Shown here: in pieces, positions 8,115 through 18,761 of the stretch
Position numbering within the stretch: position 1 is the stretch's first letter
Layout of the letters: every line of letters begins with the position of its first letter
Assembly: GCA_965237415.1 (NCBI GenBank)
Contig: CBDEFM010000002.1
Span: 128,001-192,000, forward strand
DNA from: Alphaproteobacteria bacterium
Lineage (GTDB): Bacteria > Pseudomonadota > Alphaproteobacteria > UBA828
Reading direction: 5' to 3'
Length of the DNA stretch: 64,000 nt
Position numbers and translations under genes: made by a program
The notes under the pieces: generated by a model
Databases searched by the model: none
Seen by the model: only the letters and a program-made list of their open reading frames with translations
Told to the model about the DNA's origin: nothing

Positions 8115-10441
8115 TGGCAATCCAGAAGGCCGCCGTCATCGGGGCGGGTCTGATGGGCGGCGGCATCGCCGCCCACATCGCCAACGGGGGCCACGACGTG
8201 GTGCTGCTCGATATCGTGCCGGACGGCGCGAGCAAGCGGAACGCGCTGGCCGAGGGCGCCGTCGCCCGGATGCTCAAGACGGACCCCGCGCCCTTCATGG
8301 AGAAATCCGACGCCAAGCGCATCACCACCGGCAATATCGAGGACCACCTGCACCTTTTAAGCGATGCGGACTGGATCGTCGAAGCGGTGATCGAGACGGT
8401 GGACGCCAAGCAGGCCACCTATCGCAAGATCGATTCGGTGCGCAAAGAGGGCGCGATCGTCTCCTCCAACACGTCGACCATTCCCTCCGCCGTGCTGCTC
8501 GACGGCATGCCGGAGGCGTTCGCGCGGGACTTCCTCATCACCCACTTCTTCAACCCGCCGCGCTACATGCGGCTCTTGGAAGTGGTGGCGGGGCCAAAGA
8601 CCCGGGCGGAGGCCGTCGCGGAAGTCTGCGACTTCGCCGACCGCAAGCTCGGCAAGGGCGTGGTGCCCTGCAACGACACGCCCGGCTTCATCGCCAACCG
8701 CATCGGTACCTACTGGCTGATCGCTGCCGTGCGCGCAGCGATCGAGAGCGGGGTGACGGTGGAGGAGGCCGACGCGGTGCTGAGCCGCCCCATCGGCGTG
8801 CCGAAGACCGGCGTCTTCGGGCTGATCGATCTGGTCGGCCTCGACCTGATGCCGCTGGTCGGGCGCAGCCTCAGGGATGCGCTGCCGGAGAGCGATCCCT
8901 TCCACGCGGTCTACGACGAACCCGCGTTCATCGGCGAGATGATCGAGAGCGGCTATATCGGCCGCAAGGGCAAGGGCGGCTTCTACAGGCTGAAGCCCGG
9001 CTCCGAGAAGAAAGAGAAGGAGGTGCGCGACCTCGCCACCGGCGAGTACGGGCCTGCCCTTCGCCCCCGGCTCGAGAGCGTCGAGCAGGCGGGCCGCTCG
9101 CTCCGGGCGTTGTTCGAGCATCCGGACAAGACCGGCGCCTACGCCTGGCAGGTGATGTCGGGCACGCTCGCCTACACCGCCGGGCTGGTGCCCGAGATTG
9201 CCGACGATGTCGAAGCGGTCGATCGCGCCATGCGCCTCGGCTACGCTTGGAAGCGCGGCCCCTTCGAGATGATCGATTTGGTCGGCGCCGACTGGTTCGC
9301 AGAGAAGCTCGCCGCAGAGGGCAGGGAGGTGCCGCCGCTGCTGCAGGTGGCGGCGGACGGCGGCGGCTTCTATCGGATCGCAGACGGCCGCGCCACGCAT
9401 CTCGCCGGCGGCGGCACGTACGTGCCGCTTGCGCGGCCCGACGGCATGCTCCTCCTCTCCGACATCAAGCGCGCCGGCAAGCCGCTCGCCCGCAACGGCT
9501 CGGCGAGCCTCTGGAACATCGGCGACGGCGTCGCCTGCCTCGAATTCCACAGCAAGATGAATGCGCTCGACACCGAGATCATGGCGCTGGTCGGGCAGTC
9601 GGTGGAGATCGTGGGCGGCAGGATGAAGGCGCTGGTGATCCACAACGAGGGCAGCAGTTTCTCTGTCGGCATGAATCTCGGCCTTGCGCTCTTCGTCGTG
9701 AACGTCGGCGCGTGGTCGATGATCGAGGAGACGGCGAAGCAGGGTCAGGACGCCTTCCGCTCGCTCAAGTTCGCGCCCTTCCCGGTGGTGGGCGCGCCTT
9801 CCGGCATGGCGCTCGGTGGCGGTTGCGAGGTCCTGCTGCACTGCGATGCGGTGCAGGCCCACGCCGAGAGCTATATGGGCCTGGTCGAGGTCGGTGTCGG
9901 CCTCGTCCCCGGATGGGGCGGCTGCAAGGAGATGATGCTGCGCGGGCTCAATGCCGGCCGGTCCGGCTTCGGCGGCGCGATGCCGGCGATCTCCAGGGTT
10001 TTCGAGACCATCGGCCTCGCCAGGGTCTCACGCTCTGCGAAGGAGGCGCGAAAAATCGGATTCCTGCGCGACGGCGATGCGATCACCGCCAACCGCGACC
10101 GGCTGCTGGCCGATGCCAAGGCCAAGGCGCTGGCACTGGCGGAGAACTACACGCCGCCGGAGCCTGCGACGGTCAAGCTGCCGGGCAAGACCGGGCGCGT
10201 CGCTCTCAAGATGGCGGTTCGCGGGCTCGCCAAGACCCGCAAGGCGACGCCCCACGATCTGGTGGTGATCGAGCATCTGGGCAACGTGCTCACCGGCGGC
10301 GAGACCGACACGACGAGGGAGGTCTCGGAGGACCGCCTCTCGGAGCTGGAGCGCGAGGCGCTGCTTGCGCTGATCCGCATGCCCGCCACCATCGCCCGCA
10401 TGGAGCACATGCTGGAGACCGGCAAGCCGCTCAGGAACTAG
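8114..10441 (+). CDS. 3-hydroxyacyl-CoA dehydrogenase / enoyl-CoA hydratase fusion (FadN-type domain order)
   Basis: GAGLMGGGIA, SNTST, HFFNPPRYM; C-terminal crotonase ALGGGCE...GLVEVGVG; ends GKPLRN. TGATG overlap with the thiolase. Confidence 0.92.
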   Translation: MAIQKAAVIGAGLMGGGIAAHIANGGHDVVLLDIVPDGASKRNALAEGAVARMLKTDPAPFMEKSDAKRITTGNIEDHLHLLSDADWIVEAVIETVDAKQATYRKIDSVRKEGAIVSSNTSTIPSAVLLDGMPEAFARDFLITHFFNPPRYMRLLEVVAGPKTRAEAVAEVCDFADRKLGKGVVPCNDTPGFIANRIGTYWLIAAVRAAIESGVTVEEADAVLSRPIGVPKTGVFGLIDLVGLDLMPLVGRSLRDALPESDPFHAVYDEPAFIGEMIESGYIGRKGKGGFYRLKPGSEKKEKEVRDLATGEYGPALRPRLESVEQAGRSLRALFEHPDKTGAYAWQVMSGTLAYTAGLVPEIADDVEAVDRAMRLGYAWKRGPFEMIDLVGADWFAEKLAAEGREVPPLLQVAADGGGFYRIADGRATHLAGGGTYVPLARPDGMLLLSDIKRAGKPLARNGSASLWNIGDGVACLEFHSKMNALDTEIMALVGQSVEIVGGRMKALVIHNEGSSFSVGMNLGLALFVVNVGAWSMIEETAKQGQDAFRSLKFAPFPVVGAPSGMALGGGCEVLLHCDAVQAHAESYMGLVEVGVGLVPGWGGCKEMMLRGLNAGRSGFGGAMPAISRVFETIGLARVSRSAKEARKIGFLRDGDAITANRDRLLADAKAKALALAENYTPPEPATVKLPGKTGRVALKMAVRGLAKTRKATPHDLVVIEHLGNVLTGGETDTTREVSEDRLSELEREALLALIRMPATIARMEHMLETGKPLRN

Positions 10442-10504
10442 CATCGTCAGCAGCGCGGCGAGGCGCGCAGAGGGCGGCGGGAGCGAAGAGGCAGGAGCTG
10501 TGAC

Positions 10505-11341
10505 ATGAGTGGCGTGGCCTGGACCCTCGCGGTCGCGCAGATGGATTGCGCCACCGGCGATACGGAGAGGAACCTCGCGACCATCGCCCGCTTCGCCCGC
10601 GAGGCTGCATCCCTGCAGGCCGACCTCGCGGTCTTTCCCGAATGCGCCACCACCGGCTACTTCCTTGGCGACCGGCTCGCCGACCTGGCTGAGCCGGCCG
10701 ACGGGCCGAGCGCGCAGCGCCTCGGCGAGATCGCGCGGGAGAACGCGGTGACCATGGCCGTCGGCGCCTATACGCAGCGCGACGGCGGCATCTACGATTC
10801 GCAGCTCCTGTTCGGGCCCGACGGGCAATGCCTCGCGGTCTACGACAAGGCTCATCTCTTCGCCGGCGAGCGCGAGAGCTGCCGCGCCGGCGACCGAGCC
10901 TGCGTGGTCGAGACACCGCTCGGCAAGATCGGGATGACGGTCTGCTACGACTTCATCTTCGCCGATTATGTGCGCCGTCTGGCCGACCTCGGCGCCGACT
11001 TGATCGTCAACAGCACCAACTGGATTTCCGACGCGTATCAGCGGGAGACCTGGGGCTGGAGCGGGCCGGTAACCCAAGGCCTCGCCGCCACCAGGGCGCT
11101 GGAGAACGGCACCTTCGTCGCCATGGCCAACCGCGTCGGCGACGAGGAGCTGGCGCCCGGCCTCTCGTTCACCAGCCTCGGCCATTCCTGCATCGCGGCT
11201 CCCTCCGGCAAGATTCTCGCGGCGCTCGCGGAGGGCGAAGGGCTAGCCGTGGCGCGCATCGACATCGCGCAGGAGGACCTCGACCGCTGGCGCGCCATCG
11301 CGACCTATCGCGAGGACCGCCGCCCCGAGCTCACCGGATGA
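10505..11341 (+). CDS. carbon-nitrogen hydrolase (nitrilase family)
   Basis: E-K-C triad: FPEC, YDKAHL, VCYD. Confidence 0.9.
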   Translation: MSGVAWTLAVAQMDCATGDTERNLATIARFAREAASLQADLAVFPECATTGYFLGDRLADLAEPADGPSAQRLGEIARENAVTMAVGAYTQRDGGIYDSQLLFGPDGQCLAVYDKAHLFAGERESCRAGDRACVVETPLGKIGMTVCYDFIFADYVRRLADLGADLIVNSTNWISDAYQRETWGWSGPVTQGLAATRALENGTFVAMANRVGDEELAPGLSFTSLGHSCIAAPSGKILAALAEGEGLAVARIDIAQEDLDRWRAIATYREDRRPELTG

Positions 11342-12399
11342 ACGAACCGGGCGCGACAGCATGGCCCGCGCGCTTCGCCGACGAGGCCGCGCTCGAGGAC
11401 CTGATGATTACGCCCGCGGATACGCTCCGCGCCGCGCTGGCCCGCGTCGATGGCGACATCATCGTGCTGGGCGTCGGCGGCAAGATGGGGCCGACGCTGG
11501 CGGGCCTCGCCAAGCGGGCCGCGCCGGATAAGCGCGTCGTCGGCGTCGCCCGCTTCACCGACCCGCGCGTTCGGGACAAGCTCGCCGCCTGGGGGGTGGA
11601 GACGATCCAATGCGACCTCACGGACCGCCACGCGGTCGCAGGCCTGCCGCGGCTCCCCAACGTGGTGTTCATGGCAGGGCGCAAGTTCGGCGCCGTCGGC
11701 GACGACGATGTGACCTGGGCGATGAACGCCTACGTGCCCGCCATCGTTGCAGAGACCTTCCACGAGTCCAGGATCGTCGCGTTCTCCACCGGCTGTGTCT
11801 ATCCCTTCGTCGATGTCCGCTCCCAGGGGGCGACCGAGGAGACGCCGCCGACGCCGCCCCCCGGCGAGTACGCCAACTCCTGCGTCGGCCGCGAGCGGCT
11901 GATCCAGTACTTCTCGCGCCGCCTCGGCACGCCGGGTCGCTTGGTGCGGCTCAATTACGCGATCGACATGCGCTACGGCGTGCTGCATGACGTCGCCCGC
12001 AAGGTGCAGGGCGGGGTGCCCATCGACCTCACCACGGGCCACGTCAACGTGATCTGGCAAGGGGATGCCAACGCCATGGCGCTGCGCTGCTTCGAGCACT
12101 GCACCGTGCCCGCCGCGCCCATCAACGTCAGCGGGCCCGAGACCGTGAGCATCCGCGCGCTGGCGGCGGCCTTCGGCGAGCGGCTGGGGCGCGAGCCGGT
12201 CTTCGCGGACGAAGAGGCGCCGACGGGCTGGCTTACCAACACCGAACGCGCCTGCGCCCTCTTCGGCTATCCGCGCGTGCCGCTGGGGCGGATGATCGAC
12301 TGGGTGGCGGACTGGGTCGCGCATGACATGCCGAGCCTCGCCAAGCCCACCCAGTACGAGGTGCGGGACGGCGTGTTCCAAACGCCGCCGGCCTCATGA
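11338..12399 (+). CDS. NAD-dependent epimerase/dehydratase
   Basis: LGVGGKMG nucleotide-binding motif, [15 protein letters not shown]; ATGA overlap with the nitrilase. Confidence 0.85.
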   Translation: MNEPGATAWPARFADEAALEDLMITPADTLRAALARVDGDIIVLGVGGKMGPTLAGLAKRAAPDKRVVGVARFTDPRVRDKLAAWGVETIQCDLTDRHAVAGLPRLPNVVFMAGRKFGAVGDDDVTWAMNAYVPAIVAETFHESRIVAFSTGCVYPFVDVRSQGATEETPPTPPPGEYANSCVGRERLIQYFSRRLGTPGRLVRLNYAIDMRYGVLHDVARKVQGGVPIDLTTGHVNVIWQGDANAMALRCFEHCTVPAAPINVSGPETVSIRALAAAFGERLGREPVFADEEAPTGWLTNTERACALFGYPRVPLGRMIDWVADWVAHDMPSLAKPTQYEVRDGVFQTPPAS

Positions 12400-13457
12400 G
12401 CCTCGCCTGGGATCAGGTGCCGGCGCCGGTGCGGGCGGCGCTCGCGCGGGGCGTGGTGATCCCGGCGCACCCGCTCGCGCTCGATGCCGACCGCCGGCTG
12501 GATGCGGAGCGGCAGCGGGCGCTTTCCCGCTACTACATCGACGCCGGTGCCGGCGGGCTCGCGGTCGGCGTCCACACCACGCAGTTCGCGATCCGTGAAG
12601 CCGGGTTCTACGAGCCGGTGCTGCGGCTTGCCGCCGAGACCGCCGACGCCTGGACCGACCGTCCGCTGGTGCGGATCGCGGGCCTCGTCGGGCGGACGGA
12701 TCAGGCGCTCGCCGAGGCGGATATCGCGCTCGGCCTCGGCTACCACGCAGGCATGGTGAGCCTCGCCGCCTTCGCCTCAGCCAGCGAGGACGAACGGCTC
12801 GATCATTGCGCCAGGCTGGCCCGGCGCATCCCGCTGGTGGGCTTCTACCTGCAACCGGCGGTGGGCGGCGTCGTGCTGGGGCCCGCCTTCTGGCGCCGCC
12901 TGGCTGCGCTCGACAACGTGGTGGCCATCAAGATCGCGCCCTTCAACCGCTACCGCACCCTCGACGTGGTGCGTGGCGTCGTCGAGGCCGGCGCCGAGGA
13001 TCGCGTGACCCTCTACACCGGCAACGACGACCATATCCTGCTCGATCTCGTCACGCCGTACAGTCTGATGCGCGGCGGCGAGGCGGTCACGCTGCGCATC
13101 AAGGGCGGGCTGCTCGGCCACTGGAGCGTCTGGGTCAAGCGGGCCGTGGAGTTGCTCGACCGCGCGCATGCGGCGGTGGACGCAGGCGCGATCGACCCGG
13201 ATTTTCTCGCGCTCGATGCCCAGATCACCGATTGCAACGCCGCTCTCTTCGATGTCGCCAACGATTTTCGGGGCTGCATCGCAGGCTGCCACGAGGTGCT
13301 GCGCCGCCAGGGGCTGCTGCGCGGCATCTGGTGCCTCGACCCGGAGGAAGGGCTGAGCCCCGGCCAGGCGGCCGAGATCGACCGCGTCTCGGCGGCTTAC
13401 CCCGAACTCACCGACGACGACTACGTGAGCGCCAATCTCGCGCGCTGGCTCGCCTGA
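12396..13457 (+). CDS. dihydrodipicolinate synthase-family aldolase
   Basis: [24 protein letters not shown] Schiff-base Lys; ATGA overlap. Confidence 0.85.
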   Translation: MSLAWDQVPAPVRAALARGVVIPAHPLALDADRRLDAERQRALSRYYIDAGAGGLAVGVHTTQFAIREAGFYEPVLRLAAETADAWTDRPLVRIAGLVGRTDQALAEADIALGLGYHAGMVSLAAFASASEDERLDHCARLARRIPLVGFYLQPAVGGVVLGPAFWRRLAALDNVVAIKIAPFNRYRTLDVVRGVVEAGAEDRVTLYTGNDDHILLDLVTPYSLMRGGEAVTLRIKGGLLGHWSVWVKRAVELLDRAHAAVDAGAIDPDFLALDAQITDCNAALFDVANDFRGCIAGCHEVLRRQGLLRGIWCLDPEEGLSPGQAAEIDRVSAAYPELTDDDYVSANLARWLA

Positions 13458-13490
13458 GGGCCCGCGACGCTCGGTGGATTAAGGAGACCC

Positions 13491-14654
13491 ATGGGCGTCC
13501 ACTTTGCACAATCGGAATTCGACCGGCGTCGCGACGCGGCGGTCCGTGCGCTGAAGGCGCGCGGTCTCGCCGGCATCCTGCTCTTCAAGCAGGAGAGCAT
13601 GTTCTACCTCACGGGTTACGACACGTTCGGCTTCTGCTTCTTCCAGTGCCTCTGGCTGGGGAGCGACGGGCGGATGACCCTGCTCACCCGCGCGCCGGAT
13701 CTCAGGCAGGCGCAGCATACGTCGATCATCGACGACATCCGCATCTGGGTCGATGAGGCCGGCGCCGATCCCGCCGGCGCCCTGCGCGACGTGGTGGCCG
13801 AGCATGGCGGGGCCGGCAAGCTCATCGGCATCGAACGCGATACCCACGGGTTGACGGCGGCGAACTGGCTCAAGGTCGAGGCGGCATTCCGGGAGTTCTG
13901 CTCGCTGGAGGACGCGTCGGACCTCGTCTCCGCGCTCCGCCTCGTCAAGAGCGACGATGAGCTTGCCTATGTGCGTCGCGCGGCCGAACTCGCCGACGAT
14001 GCCCTGGCGGAGGCCGAGCGGCTGTGCGCGCCGGGCGCGTTCGAGGGCGATATCCTCGCCGCGATGCAAGGGGCGGTCTTCCGCGGCGGCGGCGAGTATC
14101 CGGGAAACCCGTTCATCCTCAGCTCCGGGCCCGACGCGCTGCTCTGCCGGGACAAGGCCGGCCGGCGCCGGCTCGCTGAGCGGGACCAGCTCACCATCGA
14201 ATTCGCCGGTGCCTATTGCCGCTATCACGCGGCGCTCATGCGCACCCTCGTGGTCGGCCCTGTCTCCGACGAGCACGAGGCCATGCACCGGGCGTGCGGA
14301 GACGCCCTCGATGCGTGCCGGGATACCCTGCACCCCGGCCGGCGCTTCGGTGAGGTCTTCGATGCCCACGCCAGGGTGCTCGACGCGGCGGGCTACCGCG
14401 CGCATCGCCTCAACGCCTGCGGCTACAGCCTGGGCGCGACCTTCGCGCCGTCATGGATGGACGGCCCGATGTTCTACGCCGGCAATCCGAAAACCGTGGA
14501 GTCGGGGATGGTGCTCTTCGTTCACATCATCCTCGCCAACAGCGAGTCCGGGCTCGCCATGACGCTGGGAGAGACCTACGCGGTCACCGACGATGGCCCC
14601 GCGTGCCTGAGCCGGGCCCCGCGCAATCTCGTGCCCGGCGGCGGCCAGCGGTAG
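13491..14654 (+). CDS. M24 Xaa-Pro peptidase / ectoine hydrolase-like protein
   Basis: Creatinase N-domain (FYLTGYDT), LRLVKSDDE, EFAG..YHAALMRT, GYSLG. Confidence 0.85.
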   Translation: MGVHFAQSEFDRRRDAAVRALKARGLAGILLFKQESMFYLTGYDTFGFCFFQCLWLGSDGRMTLLTRAPDLRQAQHTSIIDDIRIWVDEAGADPAGALRDVVAEHGGAGKLIGIERDTHGLTAANWLKVEAAFREFCSLEDASDLVSALRLVKSDDELAYVRRAAELADDALAEAERLCAPGAFEGDILAAMQGAVFRGGGEYPGNPFILSSGPDALLCRDKAGRRRLAERDQLTIEFAGAYCRYHAALMRTLVVGPVSDEHEAMHRACGDALDACRDTLHPGRRFGEVFDAHARVLDAAGYRAHRLNACGYSLGATFAPSWMDGPMFYAGNPKTVESGMVLFVHIILANSESGLAMTLGETYAVTDDGPACLSRAPRNLVPGGGQR

Positions 14655-14746
14655 GGGGCGGGTTCGCCTATCTCTATGCGCAATTGCCTGATAACCGATT
14701 GCGGATGTGTCGCCGAGAGGCTCGAGAATTGAAGAATGCTCGGGTG

Positions 14747-15892
14747 ATGATCCCGGTGTATTTCAATGCGCCACTCGGCGGACTTCAATCGCATGTGCGA
14801 GCGCAATGCACAGCCCTGCGCAAATCGGGGAATCACGCAGTTGTGATGTGCAAGCCGGGACCATTTGCCGACATTTTACGAAATGATGGCGTGAAGGTGT
14901 TGACGACAGACTTTCAGGATTTGCAGATATCGATCGACGCGGCTTTGGCGGCGGGCCCTTATGACTTGATCCATGCGCATCCGTTTAAGTCGCGAAAGGT
15001 GGGACTGGCTGTAGCCACAACAAGCGGCCTTCCGCTCGTCGTTACGTTTCACGGCAATTATCTAGACGGCCTAGACCAATGGCATGACTGCGCCGATGCA
15101 ATCATAGCGGTGAGCCCAATCATTCGCGACCGTTTGCTGAGTAAAGCGTGTATTTCTGCAACCAAGTTGGTGACGATACCCAACGGCGTAAACCTTTCAG
15201 TCTTTTCGAACAAGTGGGCTAGTCAGGACCAACTCCTCGATGGTGAACAGCAGTACGCTCAAAATCTGGAGGAGAACAGGCAAACAATACTTTTCGTGTC
15301 ACGTTTGGATCCCGACAAGCGCTGCGCGTTGGACGCCATCAGCCATTGCTGGGCGCGATGCATCGAAACCCGCACCTTTGCAATAGACTGGTCGGTCGCA
15401 GGTGATGGCAGCGAACGTGGAGTGTTGGAACAGGAAGCAGCCAAACTCAACGAAGCTGCCGGTCGTCAGGTGGTCCGGTTTCACGGATGGCTGGACGAGT
15501 TAGAGTTGGCAAAGCGCTGCAGAGCCGCTGACCTCGCAATTGGTCCTGGGCGCTGTGCTATGGAAGCAATGGCCTGCGGCACCCCGGCAATCGCGGTGGC
15601 GCGGCATTACTATCTCGGTCTGGTTGAGGCTGACCGATTTCTCGCAGCGGTCTACACAAATTTCGGTGGCGGCGAATACAGAGAACATGGACGTACACCC
15701 GATAAGATGTTCGATGACGTCGTATCGGTCATTTATGATCAAGAACTAATGCAACGGATTGGTGAAACATCGTTCGCGCTAATCAAAGCATATTTTGATC
15801 AAAACTTGCTCGACGACCAATTGCTGAGCCTCTATTCAACGCTGACGAGTGGTGGGAGGGGAAAGTCACCGTGTCGCCTACGCCCGGAATAG
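14747..15892 (+). CDS. glycosyltransferase family 4, AT-rich insert
   Basis: GGLQSHV, LIHAHP, VTFHG, IPNGV, GDGSER, EAMACGTP. Start at 14705 or 14747. Confidence 0.85.
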   Translation: MIPVYFNAPLGGLQSHVRAQCTALRKSGNHAVVMCKPGPFADILRNDGVKVLTTDFQDLQISIDAALAAGPYDLIHAHPFKSRKVGLAVATTSGLPLVVTFHGNYLDGLDQWHDCADAIIAVSPIIRDRLLSKACISATKLVTIPNGVNLSVFSNKWASQDQLLDGEQQYAQNLEENRQTILFVSRLDPDKRCALDAISHCWARCIETRTFAIDWSVAGDGSERGVLEQEAAKLNEAAGRQVVRFHGWLDELELAKRCRAADLAIGPGRCAMEAMACGTPAIAVARHYYLGLVEADRFLAAVYTNFGGGEYREHGRTPDKMFDDVVSVIYDQELMQRIGETSFALIKAYFDQNLLDDQLLSLYSTLTSGGRGKSPCRLRPE

Positions 15893-15910
15893 GCCCAGAA
15901 GACCGGCACG

Positions 15911-16643
15911 ATGCCCAAGTATGAAGTCGCGCTGAGCGAGTCTTGCTTCCCGGTGCAGGAGGATCGCGAGGTTCGCGAGACCAACGTCGGCGGCCTGCTG
16001 CGCGAGACTGCGGCGCGAGACTGCGGCGCGGCGTCCCTCGGCGGAGGCTCTCGTCGAGGTGCGGCGGTCCGGCGAGATCGGGCGGCGCTGGAGCTACGCG
16101 GCGCTGCTTGCCGAAAGCGAGCGGTTGGCGCTGGCGTTGGCCTCGCGGTTTCGCCGGGGCGAACGGGTCGTCGTCTGGTCGGCCAACAGCCCGGAATGGG
16201 TCCTGATGGAGTACGCCTGCGCCCTTGCCGGGCTGGTGTTGGTCACGGCGAACCCGGCCTACCAGGTGCGGGAGCTGCGGTACGTGCTCGAGCAATCGGG
16301 AGCCGTGGCGTTGTTCCTGGTCGATGAGTACCGGGGCAATCCGATGGCCGAGATCGGCGCCGAAGCCGACGACGGGCTGGGTGCGGTCCGCGAAGTCGTC
16401 GACATGAACGATGCGGCGGCGCTCCATGCCGTGGCCGGTTCGGCGGCGGCGCAGGCGTTGCCCCACGTGTCGCCCGGCGACGCGGCACAGATCCAATAGA
16501 CCTCGGGCACGACGGGCTTCCCCAAGGGCGCGGTGCTGAGCCACCGGGGGCTCGTCAACAACGCGCGCTACTACGCGGGTCGCTGCGGCGTGACCGAGCG
16601 AACCACCTGGATCAACCCCATGCCGATGTTCCACACCAGCGGG
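15911..16643 (+). pseudogene. AMP-binding acyl-CoA synthetase pseudogene
   Basis: 13-bp duplication CGCGAGACTGCGG (16001-16026) shifts the frame; TAG at 16497-16499 replaces Tyr of IQYTSGTTGFPKG; truncated after PMFHTSG. Confidence 0.9.
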
Positions 16644-16762
16644 CGCACCTGCGGTGCTAACATACTGATATAGAATTGCTTTTTTCCTCCTGTTCTGGCC
16701 CGGAGACGCGGATTCGGTCCGCGTTTTCTCCCCGGCTGCAACAGAATGCGGGAGGAAATTCC

Positions 16763-17920
16763 ATGGCGACGCTACGCCTCAACGAACGCCGTGTCCACAC
16801 GCTCAAGCCCCACAAGTCCTCTTACGACGTCCGCGACCGCGAACTCACCGGCTTCGGCGTGAGGGTCCTGCCCTCTGGCGCTAAGCGGTACTTCATCCAT
16901 AGCCAGCACCACGGCCGGCGGGTCTGGAAAATCATCGGTCGGGCCGGGTCCATCGGCGTGGACGAGGCCCGTGATCGGGCCAGGGTTACGCTCGCCTCGA
17001 TCCGGAATGGAACTGACGAGCAGGCCGCGGCTCCACAGGACACCGTCTTCGAGACAGTCGGCGACGAGGTGTTCCGGCGATATGCTCGCAACTGGAAACC
17101 CTCGACCCTCAAGGTCAACCGGAACTACTACCGCAACCATATTCTGCCGTGGTTCGAAGGACGCCCGATCGGCGACATCGCCGCCCACGACGTCCGGCGC
17201 TGGTTCGCGTCGCTCCACAGTACCCCGGTGTCGGCGGACCGGTCTGCCCCCATCCTGTCGGTCATCATGCGCCAGGCCGAGGTCTACGGCTACCGGCCGG
17301 AGGGAACCAATCCGTGCGCAGGCATCAGGCGATATCGGCGCCAGGGGCGGGAGCGATTCCTGTCGGCAACGGAATTCGGCCGACTGGGCGGGGTGCTTGC
17401 ACGCTACGAAGCCGATCATCCGCAGGCCGTGGCGATCATACTGCTGCTTCTCCTCACCGGATGCCGCAGGGGCGAGATTTTGACGCTGAAGTGGCACTTC
17501 TATCGCGAGGGCAAGTTGTTCCTGCCGGACAGCAAGACCGGTCCGCGCACGGTCTGGCTCTCGTCTGCCGCGCGCGCCATCCTCGACGATTTGCCCCGCA
17601 AGGCGGCCTGGGTCTTCCCCTCGCCGATAACGGACAGCTGTTTGTACGCGATGACGGTCCTGCAGGTCTGGCATTCCATGAGGGCGGAAGCGGAGTTGTG
17701 CGACGTCCGTCTTCACGATCTTCGTCATACCCATGCCAGCATCGCCTTGCGGCAGGGCGAGACCGTACTCGCCATCGGCCGGCTGCTCGGGCACCGCAAT
17801 GCGGAAACCACGCTCAAATACACCCATCCATGTCAAACGGCTTTCAATACTGACCCCCGATCGGCGTGCAAAATTGACCCCCCTGAGTGGCACGGCAGAG
17901 GTTGTCCCGGTAGTCAATAG
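16763..17920 (+). CDS. tyrosine recombinase/integrase with Arm DNA-binding domain; C-terminal tail replaced by IS21 end sequence
   Basis: RDRELTGFGVRV arm domain; TGCRRGE, DSKTG, HDLRHT, LLGH, TLKY; RBS GGAGG upstream. Confidence 0.9.
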   Translation: MATLRLNERRVHTLKPHKSSYDVRDRELTGFGVRVLPSGAKRYFIHSQHHGRRVWKIIGRAGSIGVDEARDRARVTLASIRNGTDEQAAAPQDTVFETVGDEVFRRYARNWKPSTLKVNRNYYRNHILPWFEGRPIGDIAAHDVRRWFASLHSTPVSADRSAPILSVIMRQAEVYGYRPEGTNPCAGIRRYRRQGRERFLSATEFGRLGGVLARYEADHPQAVAIILLLLLTGCRRGEILTLKWHFYREGKLFLPDSKTGPRTVWLSSAARAILDDLPRKAAWVFPSPITDSCLYAMTVLQVWHSMRAEAELCDVRLHDLRHTHASIALRQGETVLAIGRLLGHRNAETTLKYTHPCQTAFNTDPRSACKIDPPEWHGRGCPGSQ

Positions 17921-18032
17921 GGGGGACCCGCGTGGCTTCGTGTAGCGCCCCGCGTTACGCGGAGCGAAGCCGCGTGGGGGGTCCCTGTTGGCCCACCGGG
18001 GCAACCGGGCCGCAGGGACGGCCGGCGCCAGG

Positions 18033-18761
18033 TCAGGAGCGGTTCTTGAAGCGCCAGCTCTCGTTGCCGGTCTCGATGATCTCGCAATGGTGGGTGAGAC
18101 GATCGAGCAGGGCTGTGGTCATCTTGGGGTCGCCGAAGACCGAGGGCCATTCGCCGAAGGCGAGGTTTGTGGTGATGACGATCGAGGTTCGCTCGTAGAG
18201 CCGGCTCATGAGGTGGAAGAGCAGCTGCCCGCCGGCCTGGGCGAAGGGCAGGTAGCCGAGTTCGTCGAGGATGACGAAGTCGCGGCGGACGAGCTGGTCT
18301 GCGGTGCGGCCCTGGCGTCCGGCGCGGAGCTCGGCCTCGAGGTGGTTGACCAGGTCGACGACGTTGTAGCACCGGCCGCGGGCGCCCTTTCGGATGCAGG
18401 ACCGGGCGATGGCGACGGCGAGATGGGTCTTGCCGGTGCCGGTGCCGCCGACCAGCACGATGTTGCGCTTGCCCTCCAGGAAGCCGCCACCGGCGAGCTC
18501 CTGGATCAGGGGCTCGTTGACCGGTGAGGCTGCGAAGTCGAAGTCGGCCAGCTCCTTGGCCGTCGGCAGCCTGGCGGACGCCATCTGGTACTTGATGGAG
18601 CGCGCCTGCTTGTCGGCGACCTCGGTCTGCAGCAGCGTACCGATGATCTGCTGCACCGGATGGCGGCGCTTGAGCCCGTCGGCGAGGATATCGTCGTAGG
18701 CGGCACGCATCCCCGCGAGCTTCAGCGCCGTCATCATCGCCAGCACCTCATGACGCTCCAT
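18033..18761 (-). CDS. istB: IS21 helper ATPase IstB
   Basis: [33 protein letters not shown]. Confidence 0.95.
   Translation of the reverse strand: MERHEVLAMMTALKLAGMRAAYDDILADGLKRRHPVQQIIGTLLQTEVADKQARSIKYQMASARLPTAKELADFDFAASPVNEPLIQELAGGGFLEGKRNIVLVGGTGTGKTHLAVAIARSCIRKGARGRCYNVVDLVNHLEAELRAGRQGRTADQLVRRDFVILDELGYLPFAQAGGQLLFHLMSRLYERTSIVITTNLAFGEWPSVFGDPKMTTALLDRLTHHCEIIETGNESWRFKNRS

Noticed and set aside
5136-8120. Long antisense or alternate-frame ORFs (for example 994 aa here, 1251 and 1385 aa at 43.5-47.7 kb, 773 aa at 35.1 kb)
   Set aside because: Shadow ORFs of high-GC coding genes, with no recognisable motifs.
16497-16499. In-frame TAG as stop-codon recoding
   Set aside because: The same gene also has a frameshift and a truncation, and TAG terminates many intact genes in the window.
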